A DNA stretch of 64,000 nucleotides from Macrostomum hystrix (lineage: Eukaryota > Animalia > Platyhelminthes). Under the pieces are notes generated by a model. It did not search any database. It was given only the letters and a program-made list of their open reading frames with translations, and was not told the DNA's origin. Shown one piece after another: positions 1 to 11,260 of this stretch. The DNA is taken from the NCBI GenBank assembly GCA_950097015.1, contig CATNEN010000025.1, positions 1,798,001-1,862,000 of the forward strand, written 5' to 3'. The position numbers and the translations under genes were made by a program. Numbering within the stretch: the stretch's first letter is position 1; each line of letters starts with the position of its first letter.

Positions 1-18
1 GGCAGTTTCAAAGCTCAC

Positions 19-1564
19 CTGCCGCCTGCCGCTGGTGCTGCTGCTGCGCCAACGCCAACGAGGCGATGGTGCCGAAATCGCCGATATCACCGCCTCCGGC
101 GCCGGTTCGTCGACCATCGAGGAGCGCCAGAAGAACCTGGGCGCCAGCGGCCACGCTGGACTCGCTGGGTCCGCCCTGACCGTCCAGCATCTTGGCCAAG
201 ACGCTGGCAGCGGTGTGGCTGCACTCCAGCTGGTCCAGCAGTGACACTGGACTGTTGCCAGCCTGGATAGAATCTGTTTCAGAGGCCGTCGTTGTCGATG
301 CGTCGGCATTAGCCGCGGACGAGGAGTTGGTCTCCTGGGCCGCGGCTGCTAGATCCCGACAGTAGGCGATGACGCTGATGAGGCACTGGGCACCGTTGTA
401 CTGCTCCTCGGCGCTGCGGTCATTGGCCAGTGTGGCTAAGAGCTTGTCAACTAGGCCAGCGCTTGCTAGCCAGGCACCGACCTGATGCTGCTGCTGCTGC
501 TGTTGCTGCTGTTGCTTCTGATATTGTTGGCCGTATTCATCACCTGGTCGCATAGTAACTATTGCAACTAGGAAATCCATAATAGCCGAAGTGCCCATGT
601 GACGAATGATTAGGTCGACAAACTCAGAGCCCTTCGAGGACAGGTAGGTTAATAGGCGCTCTGACTGCTTGCGGGCCAGCAGCTGCATCACCTGAGGTAA
701 AAAATTGAGATCCGATGTCAACGTTTATTAGCACATTTTTATATTTATTACACTCAAGAGACGACAGCAGCGACACCCAATATCCAAGTCAGTGGGGTGG
801 GAGGCTAGCCAATACCACCAGTCAGTGGGGTGCGAGGCCACCCAATACCCCAGTCAGTGGGGTGGGAGGCCACCCAATACCCCAGTCAGTCAGTGGGGTG
901 GGAGGCCAGCCAATACCCCAGTCAGTGGGGTGGGAGGCCAGCCAATACCCCAGTCAGTGGGGTGGAAGGCCAGCCAATACCCCAGCCAGTGGGGTGGGAG
1001 GCCAGCCAATACCCCAGCCAGTGGGGTGGGAGGCCAGCCAATACCCCAGTCAGTCAGTGGGGTGGAAGGCCAGCCAATACCCCAGTCAGTGGGGTGGAAG
1101 GCCAGCCAATACCCCAGTCAGTGGGGTGGGAGGCCAGCCAATACCCCAGTCAGTCAATGAGGTTGGAGCTGAAAGCAGCTCATACGGACCTTGGAGAAAA
1201 AGCTGGACAGCAGCGGATTCAGCGGCGGCTCAGCCTGCAGGAAGGCGTACAGCCGGTTGAGCCGACTGTCGTCCTTCACTAAGCCGGAGGTGAGGGCGTC
1301 AGCGTCGCTGGCCAGCAGTTCGCAGCACACATTGGCCAGACGATAACGCTGGCGATGAGGCAACTCGGCGCTTGGCTCAGTGACGACAGCATCAACCAGC
1401 TGGTCGAGAATGGCGTCCTGAGCCAGGTAATTAATTAGCTTCTGATTCTGTGACTTGCATTCTTGAATGACGCTCTCATCTTCAAGGATCTCCGATAATT
1501 GCACATCTGGCTTGTTTAGGAGGGGCTCAATATTGGATACAATTGAGGGCATCTGCCAGAACAT
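19..1564 (-). CDS. PPP6R3: Protein phosphatase 6 regulatory subunit (SAPS / SIT4-associated family), 5' part; exons 1190-1564 and 19-691; gene continues beyond position 1
   Basis: MFWQMPSIVSNIEPLLNKPDVQLSEILEDESVIQECKSQNQKLINYL...PLNPLLSSFFSK|VMQLL...FVDLIIRHMGTSAIMDFL closely follows the PP6R N-terminus (MFWKFDL...QECKAQNRKL...PLNPLLASFFSKV...HIGTSAIMDLL). Donor GTCCGT at 1189, acceptor CAG at 694-692 and donor GTGAGC at 18 keep the frame. The paralog (R1/R2/R3) cannot be distinguished. Confidence 0.93.
776..1156. repeat. Minisatellite, 29-33 bp unit (CAGT)1-2GGGGTGGGAGGCCAGCCAATACCC, in PPP6R intron 1
   Basis: About 12 tandem copies visible directly; explains ORFs 715..1260, 792..1160 and 830..1282. 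Confidence 0.95.
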
Positions 1565-1669
1565 AATGGCTGACTCAGGCTGTGGTGTCGGGCTAGCCCG
1601 GCTGAAATTGGTTGGCGAGTTGGGCGAAGCAGAATTATGAGATTCAATGCGAGCTCGGAAAGATTATTG

Positions 1670-2290
1670 AGAAATGCGAGAGTGGGATTGAGAAATATTA
1701 ATGGGAAAGGCGAGAGTGTGATTGGGAAAGATTGATAGAAAAGGCGAGAGTAGGATTGGGAAAGATTGATAGAAAAGGCGAGAGTAGGATTGGGAAAGAT
1801 TGATGGGAAAGGAGAGAGTGGGATTGGGAAAGATTGATAGAAAAGGCGAGAGTAGGATTGGGAAAGATTGATAGAAAAGGCGAGAGTGGGATTGGGAAAG
1901 ATTGATGGGAAAGGAGAGAGTGGGATTGGGAAAGATTGATAGAAAAGGCGAGAGTAGGATTGGGAAAGATTGATAGAAAAGGCGAGAGTGGGATTGGGAA
2001 AGATTGATAGAAAAGGCGAGAGTAGGATTGGGAAAGATTGATGGGAAAGGATTGAGTGGGATTGGGAAAGGTTGATAGAAAAGGCGAGAGTAGGATTGGG
2101 AAAGATTGATAGAAAAGGCGAGAGTAGGATTGGGAAAGATTGATGGGAAAGGATTGAGTGGGGTTGGGAAAGGTTGATAGAAAAGGCGAGAGTAGGATTG
2201 GGAAAGATTGATGAGTAAGGAGAGAGTGGGATTGGGAAAGATTGATAGAGAAGGCGAGAGTGGGATGGGAAAGATTGATGGGAGAGAAGA
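1670..2290. repeat. Purine-rich minisatellite, 34 bp unit GAGAGTAGGATTGGGAAAGATTGATAGAAAAGGC
   Basis: About 18 copies; explains the repetitive ORF 1516..2301. Confidence 0.95.
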
Positions 2291-2594
2291 GAAATGGACA
2301 ACAGGAAGATTAAATTTTATTTAATCAACTTTTTTCTGTTAAGAAAACAAAGAGTGAATCACTTTTCAGTTTGTTAATTTAGCACCTCTCACAGCTTTAA
2401 ATTAAAAAAGGCAACACAAGATCAACATACTTTAAATCAAGAAGAATTTCATACGAGCGTATATGAAATGCCATTACAATGTGCTCAATTTCTAAAGAAT
2501 GCATATCAAAGTAACTTTAAGAGCGATGCCAACGTTTTCACTGTTTGAAGCAAACAAAGATTCCCAAAAGTGGAGGGTCTCAAAACACTATCAC

Positions 2595-2805
2595 CAGGAG
2601 GAAAACGTCGATACCCAATAAGGCAAACGACGATTCCCAGGAGTAGAAACGTCGATACCTCATAAGGCAAACGACGATTCCCAGGAGCAGAAACGTCGAT
2701 ACCTAATAAGGCAAACGAGAATTCCCAGGAGCAGAAACGTCGATACCCAAAAAGGCAAACGACGATTCCCAGGAGCAGAAACGTCGACAGCTAATAAGGA
2801 AAAAG
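2595..2805. repeat. Minisatellite, 44 bp unit GAAACGTCGATACCTCATAAGGCAAACGACGATTCCCAGGAGCA
   Basis: About 4.5 copies; period 44 (GAAACGTCGAT at 2646 and 2690). Confidence 0.9.
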
Positions 2806-2876
2806 ACGATTCTAAGGGGGAAATTAATTACAGATATTAGTTAGTCATGAGTTATTTGGAGAAACTAGTTAAAGAA

Positions 2877-5188
2877 CTAGCCGCTTCCCTCATTATCGCA
2901 CAATCGTTCTCTAATGAAATTGGCCAGCTGAACGCCATAGACGTGGCAGTACTCAGGTGGCAGTCCAGACGCAGTCACAGTCTTCAAACCGGATTGCAGG
3001 CTCTGCAGCAATCTAGCAACGGGCACCGGCTCCTTATTGCCATAGACATCTTTGGGATCGTAGAGTTCATCCTTTAGATTGCGCCAGAACACATTAACGG
3101 AGAGTGTATAGCTGAGGTTCAGCACCGAGTGGAACCACATGGCCGGGATGTACAGGACGTCCCCGGGTAGCAAATCGCCAGTGAACGGTGTGGCTTTGGC
3201 AAAGTCCGGAAAGGCGGCGACGTCGTAGCTGTCCGGATTGGCTACGCGACTCTTGTCGCCTATCTGCGCGGTGAGGCACGGATGGGAGATTGTTGGGTCT
3301 CCAATTTCAAATTTAATTGGATGAGTGGCTGAGCGGTCTAACGCGTTCCTGAGCTCGATTCCTGAGCGGATAGAAGGCTTGGGGCTGTGGTGCAATTTAC
3401 GCCCTTGAGCACAAACCTTCAAGGCACAGTGAGAGTGTACACTGCCAGACGATCAAAAAGTCAGGGCAGATGTACACGCCCTGCGTGCGTATGTGCTCAG
3501 GAGTCAGCGAAACGGGCAGAATTGCCTCTCCTCGCTGGCTGCGGGTCTAATTATAATGAAAATAACAATTGCAGGAGGGCTGTGGGCAATGTCACATCAT
3601 TTGGTGACAGCAGATCCGCAGCCAGCGAGGAGGCAATTCTGCCCATTTCGCTGACTCCTGAGCACACACGCACATAGATGCTGTACGCAGGCATACGCTC
3701 ACACAGGTGTGTACATGCCCTGCACACACTTTCTCATAGCCAGGCAGTGCACACTCACTGTGCCCTCGAGGTTGGCCCTTAGGGGCTTAAATTGCATGAC
3801 AAGACCCCCAAGCCTTATCTTAGCGGCTGCGCCCCAAATGAATGTGGCCTTGAAGCGGAAAGAGCTCAGGGACCTTGGTGCGAGAGGCCAACATTTTAAC
3901 CGTCTACTGTCTACTGTCACCTGCAATTATAATTATGATTATTATCACCAGGTAAAGGTACTGCGCATCGTAGGGCGGATAAAGCGTGACCCGTTTGGTG
4001 CCGCAGACGCCGCACAGCAGGTTGTCCATGACATCGTAGTGCAGCCAGAGCCGCAGGCCGGCCGAGGCCAGGCGCAGCACGGACGAGAACTGCCTCTCGG
4101 CCGGGTAGAGCCGGTCGGGCAGCCGCAGCTCAGCTGCCAGCTGGGGGAACTGACTGGCCAGCTGGGCCGGCTCGGAGCGGACGTCACCGCCAAGTGCGCG
4201 CAGGTAGTACCTTGGGATTTTTAGGTGTGATAAATTTAGTGCAGATAACTTGGGATAATTTGCTGTCAAATTTATTACGTTTCGGGAGATTTTTTCGAAA
4301 CTATATTAAGTAAGGCAATTTCCTGAAAATAATCCCATTTAGGGAGATTTCCTGCTAAATCTCCTTTTTGGGAGATCTGATGAAAAAACACATTTTCGAA
4401 ATATCTTTTTCCGAAAAAATCGTAATTTAAGACATTTCTAGGGAACACATACATTCAGGACGATTTCTACAATTTTTTTATACTTGGGAGATCTCCTGCA
4501 AAAATATCCCATTCAGGGATATTTCTAGAAAACTAACTTATATTGGAAGATTTTTTGAAGATCATCTCATTTAGGAATAATCTCTGCTGAGAGAGATCTC
4601 TGTAAAAAGAACCCAATTTTGAAACTTCCTGGAAAACTATCTATCAAAGAAAAACTTTCTTAGAAAGAGTCCTAGTTAGTGTGATTTCTTGGAAAGCAAT
4701 AGAAATTAGCTTGTTTCTAGAAAAGCAATCCAAATTATGGAGATTTGAAAAATGAACTCTAGGATAGATCCGCCAGAGACATCCTGCTTTTAGAAACATG
4801 CTCAAAAAGTGCTCAATTCAATAGACGTTCGGACATCTCACCTCTCCTCTGGACACAGGAAGTACTCTCCCTCAGGCTGTGTGCTCCGACTGGCCCTCTT
4901 AACCAATTCAGCCAGGCTAAGTGTCTTGTAAACAAAATTTTTAGCCGCAAAGTCTAAATCTGCTTGGGAACTGACGTGCACTTTCACCTCGCAATCTTCG
5001 AATTGGGAGAAATGATCGGCCGATGACCAGGTGTTCAGGCAGGGCCCCAGGTCCAAGCCGCGAATGATACAGGGCACTCTGGCAGCCATGGCCTCGTCTA
5101 GCTGGGCTGCAGCGATCACATCGAAGTCCTGGTCACAGTCGCCCGGCTCAGCACTGGATGACACGTCCACAATGCGAAGCTTGACCAT
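2877..5188 (-). CDS. TYW5: tRNA wybutosine-synthesizing protein 5 (JmjC hydroxylase), 331 aa; exons 4842-5188, 3949-4210, 2877-3263
   Basis: GLDLGPC..W, KVHVS.QADLDFAAKNFVYKTL, YYLRALGGDVR, FSSVLRL.S.GLRLWLHYDVMDN, GDVLYIPAMWFH.V, DVYGNKEP all match TYW5. The HxD...H metal triad is intact. Exons sum to 996 nt in frame (phases 2 and 0). Confidence 0.95.
3322..3560 (+). mobile_element. tRNA-derived SINE-like element, family A (internally deleted head), in the TYW5 intron
   Basis: A-box-like TGGCTGAGCGG, B-box-like GCTCGATTCC, then the body TGCAATTTACGCCC...GTGCTCAGGAGTCAGCGAAACGGGCAGAATTGCCTCTCCTCGCTGGCTGCGGGTCT shared with copies at 3575-3915, 13085-13400, 38885-38975 and 58880-59185. Confidence 0.7.
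3575..3915 (-). mobile_element. SINE family A copy, inverted relative to the copy at 3322-3560
   Basis: The reverse complement reads CGGTTAAAATGTTGGCCTCTCGCACCAAGGTCCCTGAGCTC...GGCCACATTCATTTGGGGCGCAGCC...GGGCAGAATTGCCTCCTCGCTGGCTGCGGATCT...CTCCTGCAATT. Confidence 0.75.
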
Positions 5189-5267
5189 CTCTGAGTGTGA
5201 GGAGATTGATGCGACTCGGCTGAATTGAGCTGAAATAATTTCAAATTACGTTTCATAATTAACTTTT

Positions 5268-6012
5268 CGGTACAAACTCTCACCCTCTGACCTTCTAGTA
5301 CAAACTCCCACCCTCTGACCTTCTAGTACAAACTCTCACCCTCTGACCTTCTAGTACAAACTCCCACCCTCTGACCTTCTAGTACAAACTCCCACCCTCT
5401 GACCTTCTAGTACAAACTCTCCCCCTCTGACCTTCTAGTACAAACTCTCCCCCTCTGACCTTCTAGTACAAACTCTCACCCTCTGACCTTCTAGTACAAA
5501 CTCTCACCCTATGACCTTCTGGTACAAACTCTCACCCTCTGACCTTCTAGTACAAACTCTCCCCCTCTGACCTTCTGGTACAAACTCCCACCCTCTGACC
5601 TTCTAGTACAAACTCTCACCCTCTGACCTTCTAGTACAAACTCTCACCCTCTGACCTTCTAGTACAAACTCTCCCCCTCTGACCTTCTGGTACAAACTCC
5701 CACCCTCTGACCTTCTAGTACAAACTCTCACCCTCTGACCTTCTAGTACAAACTCTCACCCTCTGACCTTCTAGTACAAACTCTCACCCTCTGACCTTCT
5801 AGTACAAACTCTCCCCCTCTGACCTTCTAGTACAAACTCTCCCCCTCTGACCTTCTGGTACAAACTCTCACCCTCTGACCTTCTAGTACAAACTCTCACC
5901 CTCTGACCTTCTAGTACAAACTCTCACCCTCTGACCTTCTAGTACAAACTCTCACCCTCTGACCTTCTAGTACAAACTCTCACCCTCTGACCTTCTAGTA
6001 CAAACTCTCCCC
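5268..6012. repeat. Minisatellite, 28 bp unit GTACAAACTCTCACCCTCTGACCTTCTA
   Basis: About 26 near-perfect copies just upstream of the TYW5 start. Confidence 0.97.
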
Positions 6013-6946
6013 CTTATAATTTCTGCTTCAATATCGTATCCTTCAAATCAAATCTCGCCCTTGAAATCTGGCAGAAAACCTGACTAATCAAAATTACTGC
6101 GCTAAATCTCAGAATTAAAATATTGCCATGGAAGACGACAGAAAAGATAAAACTGTGCAACTATCATAACAGACTCGTAGTCTACTTTGAACACAATTAT
6201 TTTTTCTGCTAAAAAACTGTAAAAATGTTATTCGTGATTCTGTAAAAACTATAAAAATACTGTAAAAAGTTCGGCCGCTTAGGCGGAAAAGGAATGCTTA
6301 GAAAAGCCACACTACTTAGAGTAGGAGCGAGGTAAATCAATAAAAATATTTGCAATGAAACAGGATTTATAACTACAATATTAAATAAATAAATATTCAT
6401 GTAGAAACGTGTTTTTCTTTAAGTAACTGAGTGTTAAGATGTGCGAAAATTGTTTACTAAAAGTGTACCTTTCATACCAAACGATTTATGAACTTTTAAA
6501 TAGAATCAAATTACTCGAGTTAGTTTTGTATATTTTCTTAGAATATTGCATTTTCTGATTCACTGGCTCTGGCACCGAATCTCTAGATAAATAAAGGAAC
6601 ATTGATTATATATTCATTTCGCTGAAAACAAATATTTTTTATTGTCTACTTGAGTAGAAGTAAAAGAGCATACATTTTGTAAAACTAATTAGAAAAAAAA
6701 TCTGATACGGTAAAATACACCTACTAGTAGATTGAAAGCAATCACTTTGCGTCAGCTATAATAAAGATATCAGAGTATAATAAAAAACTGCCCATCATAC
6801 ACAAAACCAATTTTGAGATCCTCAAACAATAACAATTAAGAAGAAACGAGCATATTACAGAGAAAATAATGCCATAGCCCTTTTAAAAACTACCTAACAA
6901 TAAGTTTACAATATTCTCCAACATTAATGGAAGTTACAATACAGAA

Positions 6947-7460
6947 TAGATTAGCAATCCATTCTATTCCTTCACAGATTGGTTAGATTAGCAATCCATT
7001 ATATTCCTTCACTGATGGGTCAGATTAGCAATCCATTCTATTCCTTCACAGATGGGTCAGATTAGCAATCCATTCTATTCCTTCACAGATGGGTCAGATT
7101 AGCAATCCATTCTATTCCTTCACAGATGGGTCAGATTAGCAATCCATTCTATTCCTTCACAGATGGGTTAGATTAGCAATCCATTCTATTCCTTCACTGA
7201 TGGGTCAGATTAGCAATCCATTCTATTCCTTCACTGATGGGTCAGATTAGCAATCCATTCTATTCCTTCCCTAATGGTCAGATTAGCAATCCATTCTATT
7301 CCTTCCCTAATGGTCAGATTAGCAATCCATTCTATTCCTTCCCTAATGGGTCAGATTAGCAATCCATTTTATTCCTTCCCTAATGGGTCAGATTAGCAAT
7401 CCATTCTATTCCTTCCCTAATGGGTCAGATTAGCAATTCATTCTATCCCAAATCCGCTTT
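6947..7460 (+). repeat. 37 bp minisatellite family, locus 1 (GATTAGCAATCCATTCTATTCCTTCACAGATGGGTCA)
   Basis: About 14 copies; the same family occurs at 15410-15815 (inverted), 41955-42505 and 45165-45890. Confidence 0.95.
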
Positions 7461-7573
7461 CCACTCCGCAGAGTCATCAGGGCGTATTAGTAGGCGGAGG
7501 TGGAAAAGCCTCAGAGACCGCATGGTAACTGGGCGGCCTCGGCGTTGCTCTCGACGGGGCGGGTTCCTCCAGC

Positions 7574-8104
7574 TCAACGAGGCCCCGGATGAAGCGCAAT
7601 GCTCGGGTCGCGCCGGCACAGGTGCCTGGCGCACAGCAGGCAGCAGGCAAAGGCGGTGCCGAATTCCAGACCGCCAATCAGCAGGCTGAGGGCGCCGATG
7701 ATGAAACCGGAGGCCGGAGAGGTCCAGCCAACTCTCTGCTCAGAGGAAGCCACACTGAGAGCATGGAGACTGGCCGAGCTGCTCGCCATGAGCACAGTCC
7801 CTGCTAGGCAGGCCAGCTGGCACAGGACAAACAGCGCCAGCACGGAGCACTTGGTCTTTCGCCGGCTAGTGAAAATGCCGACAGCCGAGACGACCAGAAT
7901 AAAAGCGGAGGCGGCGGCCTGGGCGGTCAAGCTCGCCAAGCCGATATTAACATGGCGTCGATTTGAGAAGGCCACGCCGCATAGGATGAGAGCGGCAGTT
8001 GAGCATAGGCCTTGAATTAGGGACAGGATGAAGATGGTCTCGTTGCGTAGACGACTACGATGCTGACGAGGCTGCGGACAATTGTTGCCAGGTTTGACGG
8101 CCAT
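7574..8104 (-). CDS. Intronless four-helix membrane protein, MS4A/CD20-like, ~176 aa
   Basis: ATG at 8104. Four hydrophobic segments (IFILSLIQGLCSTAALILCGVAF; IGLASLTAQAAASAFILVVSAVGIF; TKCSVLALFVLCQLACLAGTVLM; FIIGALSLLIGGLEFGTAFACCLLC). The basic RRKTKC loop and terminal LE...C pattern are typical of MS4A-like tetraspans. Confidence 0.6.
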   Translation of the reverse strand: MAVKPGNNCPQPRQHRSRLRNETIFILSLIQGLCSTAALILCGVAFSNRRHVNIGLASLTAQAAASAFILVVSAVGIFTSRRKTKCSVLALFVLCQLACLAGTVLMASSSASLHALSVASSEQRVGWTSPASGFIIGALSLLIGGLEFGTAFACCLLCARHLCRRDPSIALHPGPR

Positions 8105-8929
8105 CCTTAAACTGAGGATTCGAACCTGAACCCCTCTTTCGAATAACAACTGAGAGTCTGAATCGCGTCAACGCCAGCAGCTGATTGGCGGTGGCGGCGG
8201 CGACAACCGATGAAACTGCCGACAGCGACTGCAGTAAAGTTAGGGTTCGCCGAATTCGGTATAATTTAGATAAATATATATAGTCTAGTCCTACCACAAA
8301 CAAACCTATATCCGTATAGCTGGCCGAGGGTTTGGGGTAGCCACCAACCAATGGGATCGGTGCAGCATGGGGTAGGGGGGGTAGGTTGCAGGAAATAGGA
8401 AATAATGGTACCATCGTAGAATTGTCTGTTATCATAGCGTTAACAGTTTCCAGTGAATGTTCGAGCCGCATATTTAGATTGAATAAAAACATTTTTTTCT
8501 TTTACAACTGTAAATCTAGGTTCGATAAGGATAGCAATTAAGTGCAGGAATTAATTTTATTTATGTTAATTGTAGGCCGCCCAGATTTGCTAAAATCAAC
8601 TCACCCCAAGCCAGCGAGTGTGTAGTTATAAAAATCTTGCATGGCTTTTATAAACAATAATCAAGAGCAACCCACAATGGCGCTAGCGGAACAGCTGTCC
8701 AAATACGAACAGCGGGTTTGATGTGTGGGGGGTTATGATTAGCAACTATCCGATATGTTTAGAAATATATTTTGTAAAGCCGAATACATGAGACTAGAGT
8801 TCATGGAGCAAGGATTAAATCACAACTTTCATATTCATTTATCCAACAAGTGTTTTTTATATTCTAGAGGAGGATAGAAATGACAGCTTAACCAGTTGGG
8901 CCCATAGACACTGTAAATAGATTACAGAA

Positions 8930-9165
8930 TCTGTGGTTAGGCCAGATGTTCAATACCCACCCACTTAATTCTTATCTCCCCCCAGTACTGAACGCTGGGC
9001 TCTCGTAGATGATAAGGCTTGAGACTATTAACTGCCCGATATGTATCGAAAAATGGTACAAGAGGAGTGTACATCAGACCCGTCTTCACGTCATCCTTAA
9101 AAATGGGATTCGAACTCATAGACCTAGTGGCCTTCACTTAACGATCCATTAGGGGTTGGTATTTT
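8930..9165 (-). mobile_element. Possible degenerate tRNA-derived SINE
   Basis: The minus strand has a perfect B box (GAGTTCGAATCCC) after a GATCGTTAAG head, and ends in ...ACATCTGGCC like SINE family B. Confidence 0.3.
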
Positions 9166-9864
9166 TTTAGTTTTCTTAATCAGAAATCCCTAGGTACCCA
9201 AATCTGTCTAATAACTCCTGTTGGAAGTGCTAAATAAAGAAATATTAAGGGTAAAATCTCTGCATTCAAACAATGCTGATAAGTACATGTTTGTTTTCGC
9301 TTTATTTACACGATAAAATAATAAGAAGCTAATTAAACAAAAACGCAATACTTGTCTTTCGTTAATTAAAAGTACAAAACCAATAAATTTCTATCAATAA
9401 TGCAATCAGAAATCATTTGATCTACACTTCGTTCGAAAACAATTTTCGTTCTTAACTTGAGCAGTAAATATTGAACTTTTAATCATACTTAACAGATTAG
9501 AATTAACGATGAAATACAGAAATCAATGATTCAACACATTTCAAAGCTATCTATGTTCATTTACCAAGGATCTCTGGATAAAGCACATTGATTTAATGGC
9601 TTAGAATTCTAGCACTGGTTCTCACTCTAGATCGCGTTCTATAATCCATGATTTGTGCAAACGATTAGTGTTTTGTTTGACCAGTCTGATCAGCAGATGC
9701 CAAAAGTTGTCTGCCGAAGCTAAAACAGGCCAGGCAGAACACAGTATCAAAAGGGATAGAGGGGGTGTAGGTATTGAGAGAATAAGAAAAGAGATAACAG
9801 GGCATGGACCAAAGCTAATGAAACTTAACACAAATAGTTCAGCCAGTTGGGTTCAAGAAGAGGA

Positions 9865-10320
9865 ATAGGATGGGATTAAGAAGAGGAAAAATATGGGATT
9901 AAGAAGAGGAACAGGATGGGATTAAGAATAGGAATAGGGTGGGATTAAGAATAGGAATAGGATGGGATTAAGAATAGGAATAGGATGGGATTAAGAAGAG
10001 GAACAGGGTGGGATTAAGAAGAGGAACAGGATGGGATTGAGAAGAGGAACAGGATGGGATTAAGAATAGGAACAGGATGGGATTAAGAAGAGGAACAGGA
10101 TGGGATTAAGAAGAGGAACAGGATGGGATTAAGAATAGGAACAGGATGGGATTAAGAAGAGGAACAGGATGGGATTAAGAAGAGGAACAGGGTGGGATTA
10201 AGAATAGGAACAGGATGGGATTAAGAATAGGAACAGGATGGGATTAAGAATAGGATGGGATTGAGAAGAGGAACAGGATGGGATTAAGAAGAGGAACATG
10301 ATGGGATTAAGAAGAGGAAT
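9865..10320. repeat. Minisatellite, 23 bp unit AGGATGGGATTAAGAAGAGGAAC
   Basis: About 20 copies immediately downstream of MsrB. Confidence 0.95.
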
Positions 10321-10448
10321 TACTATAATTATTATTGCTACTAAGAACGCGAATATTATTATATCAAGATGAGATCCAATAAAAATAAGACAATCGTTCT
10401 CAAATGAAGTCCAGTTTGCTAGCACAAATCGATGTTGCATTCGCCAGC

Positions 10449-10871
10449 TCACTTGGAAGCCTTGCCATCTTGCGGCTTGAAGCTGAGGCACACACTATTG
10501 ATGCAGTACCTCTCGCCAGTTGGCGCTGGTCCGTCTTCGAATACGTGACCCAGGTGTGCGTCGCAGGCCTTGCAAACCACCTCGGTGCGTTGCATACCGT
10601 GCGAGCCGTCATCGCGGCGTTCAATCGGACGGTCGGGGAGTTCGGCTGAGAAGGCCGGCCAACCGCAGCCGGAGTTGAATTTGGCATCGGATGAGAATAG
10701 CGGAGTGGAGCAGCAGACGCAAGTGTACGTTCCCGGCTTGAAGTGCTTATCGTACTGACCGGAGTAGGCCGGTTCTGTGCCGCGTTGCCTAGCAACCCGA
10801 TAGGCTTCTGGCGACAGCTGCTTGCGCCATTCTTCGTCACTTTTCTTTTTGGGGCTGCCGGAGGACGACAT
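10449..10871 (-). CDS. msrB: Peptide methionine-R-sulfoxide reductase (Cys-type, zinc-binding), 140 aa, intronless
   Basis: EEWRKQLSPEAYRVARQRGTE, CVCC and CKAC zinc ligands, KFNSGCGWPAF, AHLGHVFEDGP, catalytic RYCINS. Confidence 0.97.
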   Translation of the reverse strand: MSSSGSPKKKSDEEWRKQLSPEAYRVARQRGTEPAYSGQYDKHFKPGTYTCVCCSTPLFSSDAKFNSGCGWPAFSAELPDRPIERRDDGSHGMQRTEVVCKACDAHLGHVFEDGPAPTGERYCINSVCLSFKPQDGKASK

Positions 10872-10989
10872 GATTCCGTATGAACTGTTTTATTGCTGGA
10901 AATTCAAGTGCTGTGAGCTGTCAATCGAATTCAGGTTCAAACTAGAATTCCTCGATTCCCTCCGATAGGATATCTAGACTCCACCACAA

Positions 10990-11260
10990 ATAAAATTTCT
11001 GAATTCTCGGATTTCCCCGATTGAATTCTGGAGTCCCTGGATTCCCCCGGTTGAATTCTGGATTCCCTGGATTGCCCCGGTTGAATTTCTGGATTCCTCG
11101 GGATTTCCCCAGTTGAATTTCTGGATTCCCTCGATTCCCCGGTTGAATTTTTGGATTCCCTGGTTGAATGTTTGGATTCCCTGGTTAAATTTCTGGATTC
11201 CCTGGATTACCCCGGTTGAATTTTTGGATTCCCCGGATTTCCTCAGATTGAATTCCTGGT
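10990..11260. repeat. Degenerate ~21-22 bp minisatellite (GTTGAATTTCTGGATTCCCCCG)
   Basis: About 12 diverged copies upstream of MsrB; explains ORFs 10974..11276 and 11113..11358. Confidence 0.85.

Noticed and set aside
5189-7570. Upstream exon making a TYW4-TYW5 fusion via the AG just before the TYW5 ATG
   Set aside because: No methyltransferase- or kelch-like exon lies upstream in 5.2-7.5 kb, and TYW5 homology is already complete from residue 1.
8110-8135. Perfect B-box GGTTCGAATCC upstream of the MS4A-like ATG (possible tRNA)
   Set aside because: No A box, cloverleaf or acceptor stem can be formed around it.
10449-10871. MsrB as a selenoprotein (MSRB1/SelR)
   Set aside because: The catalytic residue is Cys (RYCINS), there is no in-frame UGA, and no evident SECIS downstream.
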